Below are positions 1-14,944 of a stretch of 64,000 bases of DNA, piece by piece. Numbering within the stretch: the first letter of the stretch is position 1; every line of letters begins with the position of its first letter. Position numbers and translations under genes: made by a program. A model generated the notes under the pieces. It worked only from the letters and a program-made list of their open reading frames with translations, did no database searches and was not told where the DNA came from. Source of the DNA: the human T2T-CHM13v2.0 reference genome, Homo sapiens; NCBI RefSeq assembly GCF_009914755.1, contig NC_060935.1; one strand, given 5' to 3'.

Positions 1-1774
1 TCATAATGACCCCTTTTGTCAGGTATTAGTGTCATTAAGAACCTGCTCTCTGAAATCAGTCCCTTTATTTAACTCTTTTCCCTAATTATATGGATCATTT
101 TACAAATCAAAGCAAATGTTTGCATACAGCCCCCAGTCATGCAATGGACTGAGGTGCTGGAGGAGCAAGCTGGAGATTTCTGAGTGGAGAGTCCTGGGTC
201 AGGAGGACACTCTTTGTCACTGGAAGTTTTCTGGAGGAGGCGGGCCCCTAGAAGTCCAGTCAGGGTTCCACAAGGCTATGGCGCACCCTGTCGGCTCAGG
301 TGCCAGGGTGATGGAACGTCTGGATAGGAGGTGCCTTGCCAAGAGAGCTTGCAGGCCACACATAAGTCAATGCCTAAATTAATCTTGGCAAAACATGTGG
401 CCCCTCGGACCAGCTGCTTAACACAGAGAGCACTAGGATTGAACAGGTTGGTACCAGCCACAGGGCACCTAGAAGATACAGACTCCTGAGCTAATCAACT
501 GGGTTATGCCCAAAGGAGACTCACATCTCTGTCAGGAAGCAGGAGCCTCTGGGAATGGCTAGGGAGGAAAAGTAGGACCAGAATCCCCCGGATCTGGGAA
601 GATATTGCTGCAGTGGACAGGTGTCCATGCTTAGAGCTGCCAGCTAGGTAAGCAGCCAGTGTGCCTGGGACTCTCGGGGACTTACAGCGTGATCAGCCCC
701 CAGGCCACACACATGGAAGCTGACACAACAGGGAGCTCAAGGGACAGAAAGCCGCATTCTGACCTGCTCCCCCGGTCCTTCTCACTCATTAAAAAGTATA
801 GACAGTTTCCCATTTATTTGAATCCAGTCACTGGCTGACACCTTTTCCACCCTCCCCAGCTCCATACAAAGCTTTTTATCCCAGAGCAGGTTCCATGTGG
901 GTGAATCAGAAAGAGGTCTGAGTCTCCAGCATGAATTGCTTAGAGACAAGGGGCTGATAGCTTTTTGGCAGCTAAGAAGGATATATTTTTATATATACCA
1001 AAGATGAAGGTGAAAGGATATCACTTGTTACAGGGAAGGCTCAGAGGTTGCTGAGCTGCGGATAATTTACTTATTAGGCAAAGTGATGGGTAAATTTCCC
1101 GAGAGGAGCTATGACCTGTTGTGAGGCCTGGGCTGGTGTCTCTGGACCATATCTCCTCCTCTCCTCTCCCGTTTTTGCACAGCAAATGCTCCTTGAGTTT
1201 GCTTTCCCTTGTTGTAATCACAGAGGGGCTTGTGCTCTCATGATTTGCGTTGGGCCTGGTGAATTTCCTAGCATTGGCCTTGGGTGGAGAGCTGCCAGCC
1301 ATGCAGAGAAACTGCTGGGGTTTTTGCCGAGGAAGCAGAATTTTGGTGGTGGAGTGTGATATTCTCCTCTCAGAAATAATACCTTTCATTTAAGGTAAGA
1401 GAGGAGATTTGACATCCCATGAAAATATGATTTTAAGCCCTGTTCTGCTTGGGGTAGACTTTTTCTCTGGGGCCAAGTTGCTGAACCAGGGAATGCAAGC
1501 CCCTAAACTGACAATGAGGGGTGGTGGTCTGAGGTACACTACCTAAGACTCCTCTGGAAAGGGGGCTAGACATGGGGAAATCCTGCTTTCTTGCTGTAGC
1601 TCTCCCCGGGGACCAGTTCTGCTCAAACCCCAAGGAATGCTGCTCCCAGGAAACAAAGAATGTGCACTTCACCTTTCTGAATACTGGGAACACAGTGATA
1701 CTATGGACGACTAGACAAAAAAGCTAATAAATATTCTATGTTATGCTAATTTCTAAGTAGTAACATAGAATTTT

Positions 1775-2560
1775 ATGTTTATTCAATCAACAAACATTTT
1801 ATTTTTTCTTTTTTTTGAGACAGGTTTTTGCTCTGTCACCCAGACTGGAGTGCAGCAGCATGATCATGGCTCACTGCAGCCTCAAACTCTCAGGCTCAAG
1901 TGATCCTGCCACCTCAGCCTCCCAAGTGGCTGGAACTACAGGCATGCACTACCCTGCCCAGCTATTTTTTTTTTTTTTTCTTTTTGTAGAGGTGAGGTCT
2001 GACTATGTTGCTCAGGCTGGTCTTGAAATCCTGAGCTCAAATGATCCTACCACCTTGATTTCCCAAAGTGCTGGGGCTCCAAGTGTGTGCCACCATGCCT
2101 GGGCATTTTTTGTTTGTTTGTTTGTTTCTCATAGAGACAGGTCTCACTATGGCTGGTCTTGAAATCCTGGGCTCAAGTGATCCTCCCAGCTCAGCCTCCC
2201 AAAGTGCTGGGATTACAGGCAGAAGCCACCACTCCCAGCCTCAACAAACATTTTTTAAACATCTCACTGCCTGGGCCCTGAACCAGGCATTGAGTATAGA
2301 CAGATGAATGGGACATGGAACCTGCCCCCAAGTAGCTCACGATCTCTTATGTGTATGGTGGTGATGGGGTATACAAGATCCTTAATTCAACCCATTGTAT
2401 TGAGGCCGTAATAGAAATGTAGGCTGGGTGTTATGGAAATGCACAGGAGGAAATAATTAACTACTTCTGCCTAGGAAAGAAGGGGAAGGAAGGTTTTCCT
2501 GCAGATACAATGTTTAAGCTGAGGTTTGAGAATCTGTCAGATGAAAGAACGAAATAAAGC
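1775..2560 (-). mobile_element. L2 3' fragment (interrupted by Alu)
   Basis: attcaatcaacaaacattt...catctcactgcctgggccctgaaccaggcattg resembles the antisense L2 tail. Confidence 0.6.
1801..2240 (-). mobile_element. AluJ-type element with an extra left monomer (left-left-right trimer)
   Basis: Alu consensus on minus strand; a single TSD tcaacaaacatttt at 1787-1800 and 2241-2254 brackets all three monomers; inserted in an L2 3' end. Confidence 0.93.
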
Positions 2561-2629
2561 ACCGGCACAACAAAGAAAAGCTACAATTTATTAGGGGTTC
2601 TAGTATAATAGTCATAGTATCTCATCTTC

Positions 2630-3332
<703 letters not shown>

Positions 3333-3621
3333 CTAAGCACTGTACAAATGTTAATTCGTTGAATCCTCATAACGACCCAGAGAGACAGTCATCCTTATCT
3401 TCATTTTCGGGTGAAAAAATTTGGAATGCTGTATGATGATCTGTGGTATGGAGAGTACACCAGGCAGAGCACGTTTGGGAAACTTTCCAAGGCAACTTGT
3501 GCGGTTTCCTGCAGGCCCTCATTCCTACCACCCTGGCTCTTCAGAATAATGATTCTGAGTCTCAAGTTCTTTGTGGGTAAAATGTAGAGTTTGGGAGTGA
3601 GAAGCGGAAGGGAGTGAGGTT

Positions 3622-4090
3622 GGTGGTGGGCAGAATATGGTCCCCCAAGGATGTCCATGTCCTAATCCCCACAACTTATGACTATGTTGAGTTACTTGGC
3701 AAAGCGGTTGTAGTGGAAATTAAGGTTGCTCATCAGTTGACCTTGAGATGGTGAGATTATCCTGGTTTGTTTGGATGGGCCCAGTGAAATCATAAGGGTC
3801 CTTGTCAGTGGAAGAGAGAGGCAGAAGAGAGAGAACCGGAGAGGAGACAGTGTGAGAAGGCTCAGTCTGATATCGCTGGCTTGGAAGATGGAGGAAGGGG
3901 CTGTGAACCAAAGAATACAAGACACTGGGAAGGCAAGGAGATAGATTCCCCTCCAAGCCTCCAGAAAGGAGTGCGGCCCTGCCAGTGAGACTCACTTCAG
4001 ACTTCTGAACTCCAGAAATCTAAGATAATAAGTTTGTGTTGTTTAAAGCCACTAAGTTTGTGGCAATTGGTTGTAGCAGCAATAGAGTTG
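3622..4090 (+). mobile_element. MaLR solo LTR, MLT1D-like
   Basis: ggcagaatatggtcccccaaggatgtccatgtcctaatcccc start; tgttgtttaaagccactaagtttgtggcaattggttgtagcagcaatag end. Confidence 0.85.
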
Positions 4091-4776
4091 GAAAGTAGGA
4101 TCGGTCAGCTTGCTTGCATACTGGACTAAGGAGGTCAGTTATTAATTAATCATTTTTACAAAATGAATAAAAGAGACCTCCACCCTGCTGAGTCTGTCTG
4201 TGACTCAGTGCAGTTCAGCCTTAGGCAATGCTGCCTAGGTCCCCTCAGGAGCCAGGCTCAGTGGAACCATTCTAGGCCATCACATTCTGCACATTCTCTG
4301 GAGACCTAGGCAACAAAAGATCTTTGTCATAACCACATGGATTAAAAGTGAGGGGTTGGGGAGATGGTAAGCTAACTCTGTGAGAGGCTGAATCTGCAGA
4401 TCACTGAAGACGTATTCTAGGGCGAGGGGTTATTTTATCATTGGCTCATTCATTGAACAATTGTTGACTGGCAACCTGTTATATGCCAGACACTGTGTAC
4501 AGAGGATACAATGGTGAACAAAAATACATTTCACCATAGCTTCCATGGAGCTATGGTTCCATGAGAGTAAGATATTAAAGTCACAAAATAGATGTGTAAT
4601 TACAAATTGTAGTAAGTGCTATAAAGAAAAAGAGTAGGTTGTGATGAGATAGTACACCAGGAGGACAACATTTACACTGGGGTCTCATGAAAGGTCTCTC
4701 CTGGGAGGTAACATTTGGGATGAGACCCATGCATGAGAAGGACTTTGTGGGGTAGAGGATGAAAAAAAGCTCTTTA

Positions 4777-5126
<350 letters not shown>

Positions 5127-5914
5127 GGAGCACTCTAAGGAATGAGAGCAGGAGAGCAGCAGCATATTTGAAGGCTTGGTCTGGTAAGAGTGTGGCAAAT
5201 TCAAGGAACTCAGAGAAGGGCTGTGAGGCAGGCAAGTAGTGCAGGAAGGGACAAATAGCATAGGATGTTGTTGGGGAAATAGGTGGGGACTTTATAGGTC
5301 CCTTCAAGGACTTTGAACCTAACCCTGAGCAAGATGGATACCACTGAGGCGGGAAGGAGTGGCATGATCCATAATCTGATTTGTACTTTACAAAGATTAG
5401 GTTGGTTGCAGTGTGGAGAATGTTCTAGAAGGGCAGCAGAAAAGAAATAGGGAGAGCGGGGAGGAAGCTATTGCAGTAGGCAACAGGTGGTGGCAGTTTA
5501 GACAAGAGTGACAGTGCTAGTGATAACTGGGTGAATTTAACATTATTTTGAAGATAGGCTCATCCAGACTTGGTTACAGGTTGAATATGGGAAGTAAAGG
5601 GAGGAGGCAGATTTTTGGCAGAAATGACTAAATATATGGAGATATCACTTATTGAAATGAGATAGGTTAGGGCAGGAGAGAAATTATGATGAGGGAGAAC
5701 TCTAAGAGTTTTGTTTTGAATATGTAAATTTAACAAATTTTTTATATACCTTTTAAAGATGTCAAGTAAGCACATAGGCAAGATTGGTAGTTATAAATGA
5801 AGCTGAGGTCTGGGCTAAATATATAAAATAGTGAAGTTTCATGATATAAATAGTAAAGGTATGGAAAATAAGATGAGGGCCTAAGACTGAGTCTGGAGAA
5901 TCTCCAGCATTTAT

Positions 5915-6703
5915 AGACAGTTTCTCAGAAGAAGACGTATATGTGGCCAAAAGCATATGGAAAACGTTCACTCTCACTAATCATTAGGGAAATGCAAGTT
6001 AAAACTGCAGTGGTTGTTATTAAAAGGAAAAAAACGAAAGATGCTGGTGAATTTGTACTTAAAAGGGAACGCTTTTACACTGCTGGTGGGGATGGAAATT
6101 CGTTCAGCAGCTGTGGAAAGCAGTCTGGAGATTTCTCAAAGAACTTAAAATAGAATTAGCATTTGACCCAGCAACCCCATTACTGGATATATACCCACAG
6201 GAATAGAAATCGTTCTACCATAAACACATGCACGAGTATGTTCATCACGGCACTTTTTACAATAGTGAAGACATGGAATCAACCTAGATGCCCATCAGGA
6301 ATGGACTGGATGAAGAAAATATGGTACATATACACCACGGAATACTACACAGCCATAAAAAAGAATGAAATTATGTCCTTTGCTGTAACATGATAGAGCT
6401 GGAAGCCATTATCTTAAGTAAATTAATGCAGGAACAGAAAACCAAATACCACATGTTCTCACTTATAAGTGGGAGCTAAACATTGAGTACACATGAACAC
6501 AAGAAAACAGTAGACACTGGAGCCTCCTTGAGGGTGGAGGATGGGAAAAGGGTAAAGACTGAAGAACTCCCTGTAGGGTATTATGCTGATTACCTACCTG
6601 AATGACAAAATTATCTGTACATCAAACTCCCATGACATGAAATTTACCCATGTCACACACCTGCACATGTACCCCTTGAACCTAAAAGGTGGAAAGAAAA
6701 AAA
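5915..6703 (+). mobile_element. L1 3' end (old L1PA/L1PB-like), 5'-truncated
   Basis: ORF2 C-terminal remnant (TCTSMFITALFTIVKTWNQPRCPS..DWMKKIWYIYTTEYYTAIKKNEIMSFA) followed by a 3'UTR and A tail. Confidence 0.92.
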
Positions 6704-6718
6704 GTGTTTAGTATTGTG

Positions 6719-6860
6719 AGCCAGGAATGGTGGCTCACCTCTGTAATTCCAGATACTCAGGAGGATGAGGTGGGAGGATCGCCTGAGCCCACAAGTTTGA
6801 GACCAGCCTGGGCAACATAATGAAATCTTGTCTCTAAAAAAATAAAAATAAAAAGATAAA
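6719..6860 (+). mobile_element. Free Alu monomer (FLAM-like)
   Basis: Single monomer with A-rich tail; degenerate TSD gtttagtattg / gtttagtactg. Confidence 0.85.
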
Positions 6861-6869
6861 GTTTAGTAC

Positions 6870-7012
6870 TGCAGATACAATATCTCAGCAAGTATTCCAT
6901 TTGCTTCCCAATATTTCCCATCCCTCTTGCATTTAGGTAAGGCCATGGGACTAGTCCTAGTCAAAGAAATGTGAGTGGAAATCACACTGAAAAACCCATA
7001 TGTAATGTTCCA

Positions 7013-7066
<54 letters not shown>

Positions 7067-7252
7067 ATCTATCCTTTCTGCAGCTACTAGTTGTTGGGGC
7101 CTCCATTACCTGGGTCCCTGGGTGACTTTGTGGAGCAGAATCCTTGAAGATATATCCTGGACATAAAACATGAGGTAGAAATAGACTCTTGTCCAGCTAC
7201 TGAGATCTTGAGGTTGTTTGCTATTGCAACCCATTCTATTCTATTCTAATAC
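6870..7252 (+). mobile_element. Old MaLR LTR (MLT1J-like) containing a (CT)n tract
   Basis: ggccatgggactagtcct...gaaatgtgagtggaaat; ctgggtccctgggtgact; ctactgagatcttgaggttgtttg...ctaataca end. Confidence 0.65.
7016..7063. repeat. (CT)n microsatellite
   Basis: ~24 perfect units. Confidence 0.98.
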
Positions 7253-7269
7253 AAGTAAAGAGACAGCGA

Positions 7270-7480
7270 AATGTAGCATTGAACAGCACAGACTCAGGAC
7301 CAAAACTGTCTGTTCAAATCTTGTCTTTTGCAGTTACTAAGTAAGCTGAGCAAAGTTTTTCTCTGTGTCTTAGTTTTCTTTTCTAGCAAAATGGGGAAAA
7401 TAGTAACATCTGTGTCATAGGATTGTTTTGAGGATTAAAGCAGTTACAAATATAAAGTGCATAGACTTGTACAAATAGTA
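7270..7480 (+). mobile_element. MIR
   Basis: ttcaaatc...gagcaaag...gtcttagttttc...aaaatgggga...cataggattgttttgaggattaaa. Confidence 0.75.
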
Positions 7481-7717
7481 AAGAGTTAGTATGGTTTGCT
7501 CAAGGAAAGGGAGGCTGCAAAAAGCACAGCAAGAGAGGAGAAAACTGGGAGACAGTGACATCATAGGAACAGAAAGACGAGAGTGCTTCAAAAAAGGAGG
7601 GAGGGGTTAACTGGTCAAACACTATTGAAGAGTTGAGTAGGATGAAGGCAATAGAGAGTGCCCATGACATTTAGTAACCTGGGAGTCACTGGTGGTCTTG
7701 GCAAAAGCAGTTTCAGT

Positions 7718-7718
<1 letters not shown>

Positions 7719-7760
<42 letters not shown>
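7719..7760. repeat. (GT)n microsatellite
   Basis: 21 perfect units. Confidence 0.98.
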
Positions 7761-7761
<1 letters not shown>

Positions 7762-9849
7762 ATGGTGGGGGACAGCTGTGGAAGACACAATGATGTGGGT
7801 TAAAGTAAGAAAATGGAGAAAGCACCTGTATACAAGGCTGTTGGGCAGCTTGGTGGGGAAGATAGTAAATACAGAGATAGAGCGGTTGTTAGAGGTCGGT
7901 GTGGGGTTAAGGAAGGTTTCCATTTTAAGATGGGGGATTCTAGAGCATATCTAAATAATGAAGAGAAAGTTCAAGTAGGGAGGGGAAGTTGAAAATTTTA
8001 GAATGGGAGGGCGTAAACAATGCAACAAACCCCTGAAGTGTTTTGAGATCTGGAACACAGAAGGACCAGCCTCTGCCTCCACTGGGATAGGAGGAAGGAG
8101 AGGGAGGGAAGATGGGTGTGGGTTTAGAGAAGTTGATGGGTTTGGAGGCAGGAAAATGAGGAAAGGCTCTTTTCTAAAGAATGGAACTGAAGTGAATGGG
8201 AAAGCCTTGTTCCCACAGTGATTAGATGGCAGATGTTAGGCTCCCAGTGAGGAAAAGTGGGGGTGCAGTCCTCAGGAGTGGGGCTGCACAAAAGCCCGCT
8301 GCCCACGTTGGGTGAGCATCCATTTGGAGGTTCAGCCACAGAGCTGGATCTGAACCCTATCCATGAACTCCACCCAGCATCCTCTCATCTCTAGGAAGAT
8401 CTAGGACATGGTTCTCTAGTAGGACAGAGTTCAGCCAAGGACCCTTCAGTGGTATTTGGACTTCAGTTTATATTTTTAAACAGGTTTCCTACCTCTGCTC
8501 CACATAAACTCTCCTTTCCAGACAAACTATTCTGTTCAGTATGTTGTGAGCTTTTACCAGCTGTTTCTGACCAGACCCCTACCTCTAGGGATTTTACACT
8601 CTGGAGTGTCTTCTGCATCAATCTCCTTTCAGCTAAATCCAGATCATCCTTCTAGGTGAAACTCAAGCCCCAGGACTTTGAAGTCCCTCCATCCCGTCAC
8701 CCCACATGACCTCACCCTTCTCTGTTTCTACAGCATTTGGCGAGTACCTCCTCCTGTTGGGAATAACACGTTCGTATCATTACATCCAGGGCCACTGTGT
8801 TGTGCTCCATGTGAATGTACTCCCTGGAGTTGTGCAGTTCACACTTGCATAGCTCCTGACGTGCCCTGAATGGCATCTCCTCAAAAAAGCAGAGATTTCT
8901 TCCAGTGAGGGCAGGAATTTTGATGTGCACATGTTTGGGTCTTCTGTGATGCCTCATTTGTAATAGGTCCTCACTAAATATCGGTTGATAGATTTGCTGT
9001 GGTCAGTGTGAGAAAAGCTCAAAGAAGAGGATGCCATGGCTCCACCTGGATTTGTTCTCTAACTGGCAGGATTTTCCTTAAGCTCTGAGCCTAGATTATA
9101 ACATCTTCAAAATTGAGAGACAAGGAATTCCATTCACACCTTACCCCCACCTGACATGGCAGAGGAGTGGGCCAGAAAAGGATTCCTGCCGACAGGCTCT
9201 ATGGTGACCTTTGGCAGGAAGGTCTTAGATGATGGGAGATGTTATCAGTGCAAATAAACTCCTTGTGTGTTGACCAGGGCTTGCTAATTGCAGCAAACGA
9301 TGATGAAATTGCTGGGCTTGGGCAGACGTTCCGAAGCAGAAGAAGCGTATTTGTTCAAGATGTGGGTCTCCTTGGCTGTCAGGCTGAAATCTTCACCTCT
9401 GCTGTTTCCCATCCTGGATGCTCCCAGGAGCACTGTGTGGGTGTGCAGTTTAAGATAACACAGAGTGTCTCAGGTTTGTTTGGCTTTGAATGCAGTGCCC
9501 TGCAGGTAGGTGGTGGGTGTGTCTACTCGGAGCTTGAGTGGGACCCAGAGGCACCTCCAGTAGACTATGTAGAGGCAAGTGAGCTGGGGAAGCTGTCCAA
9601 TGCTTCTACAGCTCAGCCCTTACCTTCAGGGACCCTCAAGGTCACCCAATGCAAGCTGCCTTTAGGAGTCAGGCCAATGCTGGGGACAAAACCAAGTCAG
9701 GCAAGAATCTGAATACCAATTAAGAGACATGGTGCTGTCACAGCCCTCCTTTGCTTCCATTTCTGCTCCTGCCATTGCCTCCCTCCCTGACCTTCAGTAT
9801 CTCCAGCCATTGTTCACCAGTGGGGGAATCCAATGAAAAGAGAAACAGG

Positions 9850-9992
9850 GGCCGGGCACATTGGCTCCTGCCTGTAATCCCAGTGCTTTGGGAAGCCAAG
9901 GCAGGGGGATTGCTTGAGGCCAGGAGTTTGAGACCAGCCTGGGTAACATAGTGAGACCTTGTCTCTACAAAAAATAAAATACAATGTAAAAG
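9850..9992 (+). mobile_element. FLAM_C-like Alu monomer
   Basis: Left monomer only with A-rich tail. Confidence 0.88.
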
Positions 9993-11806
9993 AAGAGAGA
10001 AATAGGCATTGTGCTAGCAAGAAAAGAGGTCCTCTGTGGTGAAGAGAAAGAAGAAAGTACAGAGTAGATGTCCAGTGACTGCTGAAATGGACTGAAGAAG
10101 GCACAAGGGGCCAGCTTCAACAAGAGTGGGCTGGTTCGTTCCTTTAACACATGGGCTGCTTCCCAGAAGGAATTCCTTAAGAAAGGTGCAAAGGGAATTG
10201 CTGAGTGGTAGCCAAAAAACCACCTTGTCAGTTTTTTTCAAAGAGAATTTTATTCCAATTGAGACCCCACTTACAGCTAGAAGGGCCAGCTCTGGCAGGT
10301 GTCCCTCCCCGGCCCTTCCCTCGCTGATGGCTTCATAGCCTGCCTCCCCATGTGGCTTCCTTCTTGTCCTGTGTGCTCCTGGCTCCCCTGTGCCCCAGCA
10401 GGTCAACAGGCTGTCTCTTACATTTTTGTCTGTTTCAGCTAACAGGTCTCGGACAGGCAGGCAGGAGTGGCTCGGCAGGGTCTTTCTCTTCCCAGGAAGA
10501 CCGCTGCGTTTATTGTGAGGCTATCTCTGTCCTCCTTGGAGGCTCCTGAGTGTACAAATCAGACTCTAGGTCCAGGGACAGTGTGCTTGCACCCTAGGGT
10601 GTGGCTGACACGGAAACTGCTCAGATTTGGGCTGAAGAAGAAAGCACTTTTAGAATCACAGGTGGGAATTGCTTACATCTCTGTCCTTCTCAATCCCTTA
10701 CTTATTCCAAAGGAACAGATAATGCTGAACTCATCTTTTCTAAGAAGGTGGCCCTGGTGAACTAGCTCCCTGAGTCTGAGAATCAGAGTCCATCTGAAGC
10801 TTGGAATTCAATTGCTCCAACAATGGGGTTCCTTGGGGTAGGCTGGGGGAATTCTCTGGCGATTCATAGCTCGTGCTTTTCCCTGATTCTCCATCCCTGC
10901 CATGGGAGCCTGAAATATGTTTTGACAATGGACGTTCTTTGTGTTCTGACTGTAGAGGGTGATTTGTGGGTACCTTGACTTCACCTCTGTTATTGGCAGC
11001 CCAAATAAGGAAGCCGACAGCAGCGGAGACATGAGGGAGAAGGAGGGGAGGGGGTGTGCTAAGGCGAGGCCGGGGGTCTCTGTTTTCTCCATTCCTTCCA
11101 CAAATGACCTCACTCACTATGGAAAAGGGTTAACTGATATCGAGTCATAACATGCAAAGGGAGAAAGAGCCCAATCCATACCTCTCCGGAGCCCCTGGAG
11201 GCAGTGGATTGCTGGGGGTAGGGTGGAAGGCAGCAGCGAGGGAGGATGGGAGAGTACTTAGAAAATGATCGGGTTTAAGAAGTGGCTCTGGAGCATCTGT
11301 GCTTTTGTTAACCATGGAACACGCGCATCTAATCTCAATTAACTTCTGCCACCATCTCCAATCTTGGCTTTTCTGTTCATGCCAGTGATGAGACCTTAGC
11401 TGCAGGCGACGAGGCGGGAGAGACCTCACATTACCTGGGTGGAGAGAACCAGATGCGCTCACCCTGCTGGGGCATTGATGGTGGCAGAGAAGAGACCGAA
11501 GCAGCAGTTGGGTGATTTCCCCCAAGGTCTTGCCCCTGCCTCCAGCTCTTCCAGTCCAAACTTACCTGAGGAACTGTGGTGAATCTTTTTGGTCTTTACC
11601 CCTGGGCCTCATAAAGGGACTCTGCTAACATCTCTGTAAGTGGGACAAACACTCCATGAATGCACCAGAAAGCCATGATACAATTGAGTCTTGATGTGCT
11701 ACCTGTGAAGTCCAATGGATAAGCTTGGGTGATGCCCAAGAGCTATTTCTTTGGGCCTCAGTTTCTTCTGCTAACCAAAGAAAAAATTTAATTAGGTGAT
11801 CGACAA

Positions 11807-11999
11807 CTGCACTGTCCAACATTGTAACCACTAGCGACATGTGACTATTTGAATTTAATTTTAATTAAATTTGTTAAAAAATTTGGCTCCTCAGTCACAG
11901 TAGCTGATATTTCAAATGCTCACTAGCTACATGTGTGGCCCGTGGCTACTATATCAGACAGGTTAGATATCAGACATTTTCATCACTATAAAAAGTTTT
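11807..11999 (-). mobile_element. MER3 (hAT-Charlie MITE)
   Basis: ctgcactgtccaa...accactagcgacatgtg...atttcaaatgctcactagctacatg...gtggctactatatcagacag. Confidence 0.85.
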
Positions 12000-12001
12000 G
12001 G

Positions 12002-12158
12002 GGCTGGATATGGTGGCTCATGCCTGTAATCCCAGCACTTTGGGAGGCTGAGTCAGGAGGATTGGGCTTGAGGTTAGGGGTTCAAGACCAGCCTGGTCAA
12101 TATAGTAAGACCCTGTCTCTAAAAACAAGTAAGTAAGTAAATAAATAGATAAATAAAT
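12002..12158 (+). mobile_element. FLAM_C-like Alu monomer inserted in MER3
   Basis: Left monomer, (TAAG/TAAA)n tail, TSD aaagttttg on both sides. Confidence 0.88.
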
Positions 12159-12424
12159 AAAGTTTTGTTAGCACCCATCTATAAGGTCATTTGCAGTTCT
12201 GCATTGTGTTATTCTGTAATTGTCCATTATTAAGTATTTCGTAGAATTAGTTCCTTTGCCCCCTTAAGCTTCCTCCTCCCATCAGTTCCTATCATCTGCT
12301 GCCACATACATGGCAAGGCATACAGAACACACACACATGCACATCGCTCTCTTCCATCAGGGCAATGTTGAGAAATCTGATAGCCTGGCTTAAGAACAGC
12401 TGAGAAGTGATAGCTGCATTCCCA

Positions 12425-13063
12425 TCTTGATTGCAGCATTATTCACAGTAGCCAAGCAGCCAAGAGGAAACAGCCTAAGTATCCACTGACAGATGAGTGG
12501 GTAAAGAAAATGCAGCATATGTACCCAATGGAATACTATTCAGCCTTAAAAAAAGAAGGAAATCCTGCCATTTGCAACAACATGGGTGAATCTGGAGGAT
12601 GTTATGCTAAGTGAAATACCCCAGACACAAGAAGGTAAATATCACATGATCTCATTATATATGGGACATAAAAGCTGAACTCAGAAGCACAGATTAGAAG
12701 GGTAGCTACCAGGGGCCGAGGGATGAAGGAAAAGAGGAATTGTTGACCAAAGGGTCCAAACTTTCAGTTATAAAATTAATAAGTTCTGGAGAGCTAATGG
12801 ACAGCATAGTGATTTTAGTTAATAATAATGTATTATATACTTGAAATATACTTTGATATGGGAGAAGATCTTAAGTGTTCTCACCACACATACACACACA
12901 TACACACAAATGTAACTGTGTCAAATGGCAGGTATATTAATTAGCTTGATTGTAGGAATCATTTCACACTGTATATGTATATCAAAACGTCACATTGTAC
13001 ACCTTAAACATACATGATTTTTATTTGTCAATCACACGTTCATAAAGCTGGGGGAAAAAAAAG
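12425..13063 (+). mobile_element. L1M (L1MA/MB-type) 3' end
   Basis: ttgcagcattattcacagtagccaag...gaatactattcagccttaaaaaaagaaggaaatcctgccatttgcaacaacatgg; ends aagctgggggaaaaaaaa. Confidence 0.88.
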
Positions 13064-14617
13064 AACTCAGAGTGGCTAATTGGGTGCTGCTCCGGACTTG
13101 TTAAATGTTACAGACTTTACTTAATGTACTTATTCATGGCCCAAACATTTCCTGAGTGCCTGCAGCTCATCAGGGATTGTCCTGAGTGGGAGTGGAGTGT
13201 GGAGTTTGGAGAAGATCCTTTATTACATATAATTCTTCTTGCAGTAGAGGAGGCACCACCACTATGAGCATCAACAATGCTCTCAGTGTCCACTTGCTTG
13301 TAATTTTGTGCAAAGAGAGCTGGGCAGAAGTAGCTTCACCCTCCGGGGGCTTGCATCGTGCAAAGAACTCTCTTACGTTATAGACACTTGATATAAACAA
13401 CAGGGAGACCGTGAAGAGTTCATGATTTTTTAGTGCAACAAATACTCTATTTGAAGCATGTACAGTTATATTATGGGGGCAGATGAGAGAGTCCTAGCTC
13501 CCCTCTGAGCCTCAGTTTCCCCATGTGAAATGAAGGGGTGGAGCCTGTCCATCTCCAAGGCTTCCTTGCTAAGATTCTGCCATCCAGGAGTCTAGACATC
13601 TAAATGCTCTTTAGAGGAAAAGACTTACTATGTGCGAATTTCAGGTGACACAGGTTTTTTTCTATTTCCCAGTAGTGCTGCCCTTTCCTTCTTTTAAATC
13701 CTGAGGAGGCCTAGAGGCGCCTCCCTTTCCCTGTGCCTCCCACTCTCATTCCCCTCCGTTCTTTCAGGTTGCACAGCCCCAGCCTAGTTCTTGTCATATT
13801 TCCTACTGGATCGGGTGTTTAATTAAAATCATAATTAAAATTGATCTCCTCATTAGCATGCACCTGCTCTGCCTCTCTCATCCTTGTGTTCCATTATCCA
13901 CTGAAGATGTCAGGATTGACAGGTGAGAGCCAGACCCCAGGCCAGCCCTGCTGGATGGGGCTGGCCGATGACAACATCTGGACAGAGAAGACTTTGGTGG
14001 AGAAGCTGCATTTGCAGTTGAGCAACAAACAATTAGCGCCAGACAGGCTCTCTGGGGAGAGGTCAGGCTGTGTGGTAGCCTGCGGGCAGCTGGCTGAATC
14101 TGGGGGTCCTGCAGGAAGTATCCTCCCACCCAGCCCTGGGTGCTGCATGCACACTCAGAGGAGCACACACAAGTACACACCTGTACACCCTCAGGTGATC
14201 TGTGACAAGCCAACAAACTCCTTGCCCAGGAGAGTCTGGAATGGCAAGAGGAGAGAGCCTCTGATTTCCCTGCGATGAAACTGCATTGTGTCCTCAAGGA
14301 GCCTCCAGCAGGGCTGTGTTTGACACCATCATGATTGCCCTTCAAGGGGCGCCAGTGAGAGTAAGCTGGACCTACTGGCACCATCCTCCCCAGCTTGAGG
14401 AGATGTGCAGAGAGGTGCAGGGGTGCCAGGCTTGAAAGTGCAGGGCAGAGAGATGCGCTGATGGCTGCTTGCACAGCCTCTCCTACCCATGGAAAGGGGA
14501 GGGGGCCCAGGAGGAGACAACCACAGGGATGTGAACTGGTGTACCTTTCAGAGTACAGGAATGTAAGTTCCCTGAGAGTGAGGGATTAAAAAGAAATTTT
14601 CTCTTTAATTGTGGTAA

Positions 14618-14944
<327 letters not shown>

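Noticed and set aside
9300-9388. ATGATGA ... CTGA spaced like a C/D-box snoRNA
   Set aside because: No terminal stem or recognisable rRNA/snRNA guide; both boxes are short enough to occur by chance
13878-14474. Longest ORF (198 aa, minus strand)
   Set aside because: Starts at GTG, has Ser/Pro/Ala-rich GC-driven composition and no domain; compatible with chance
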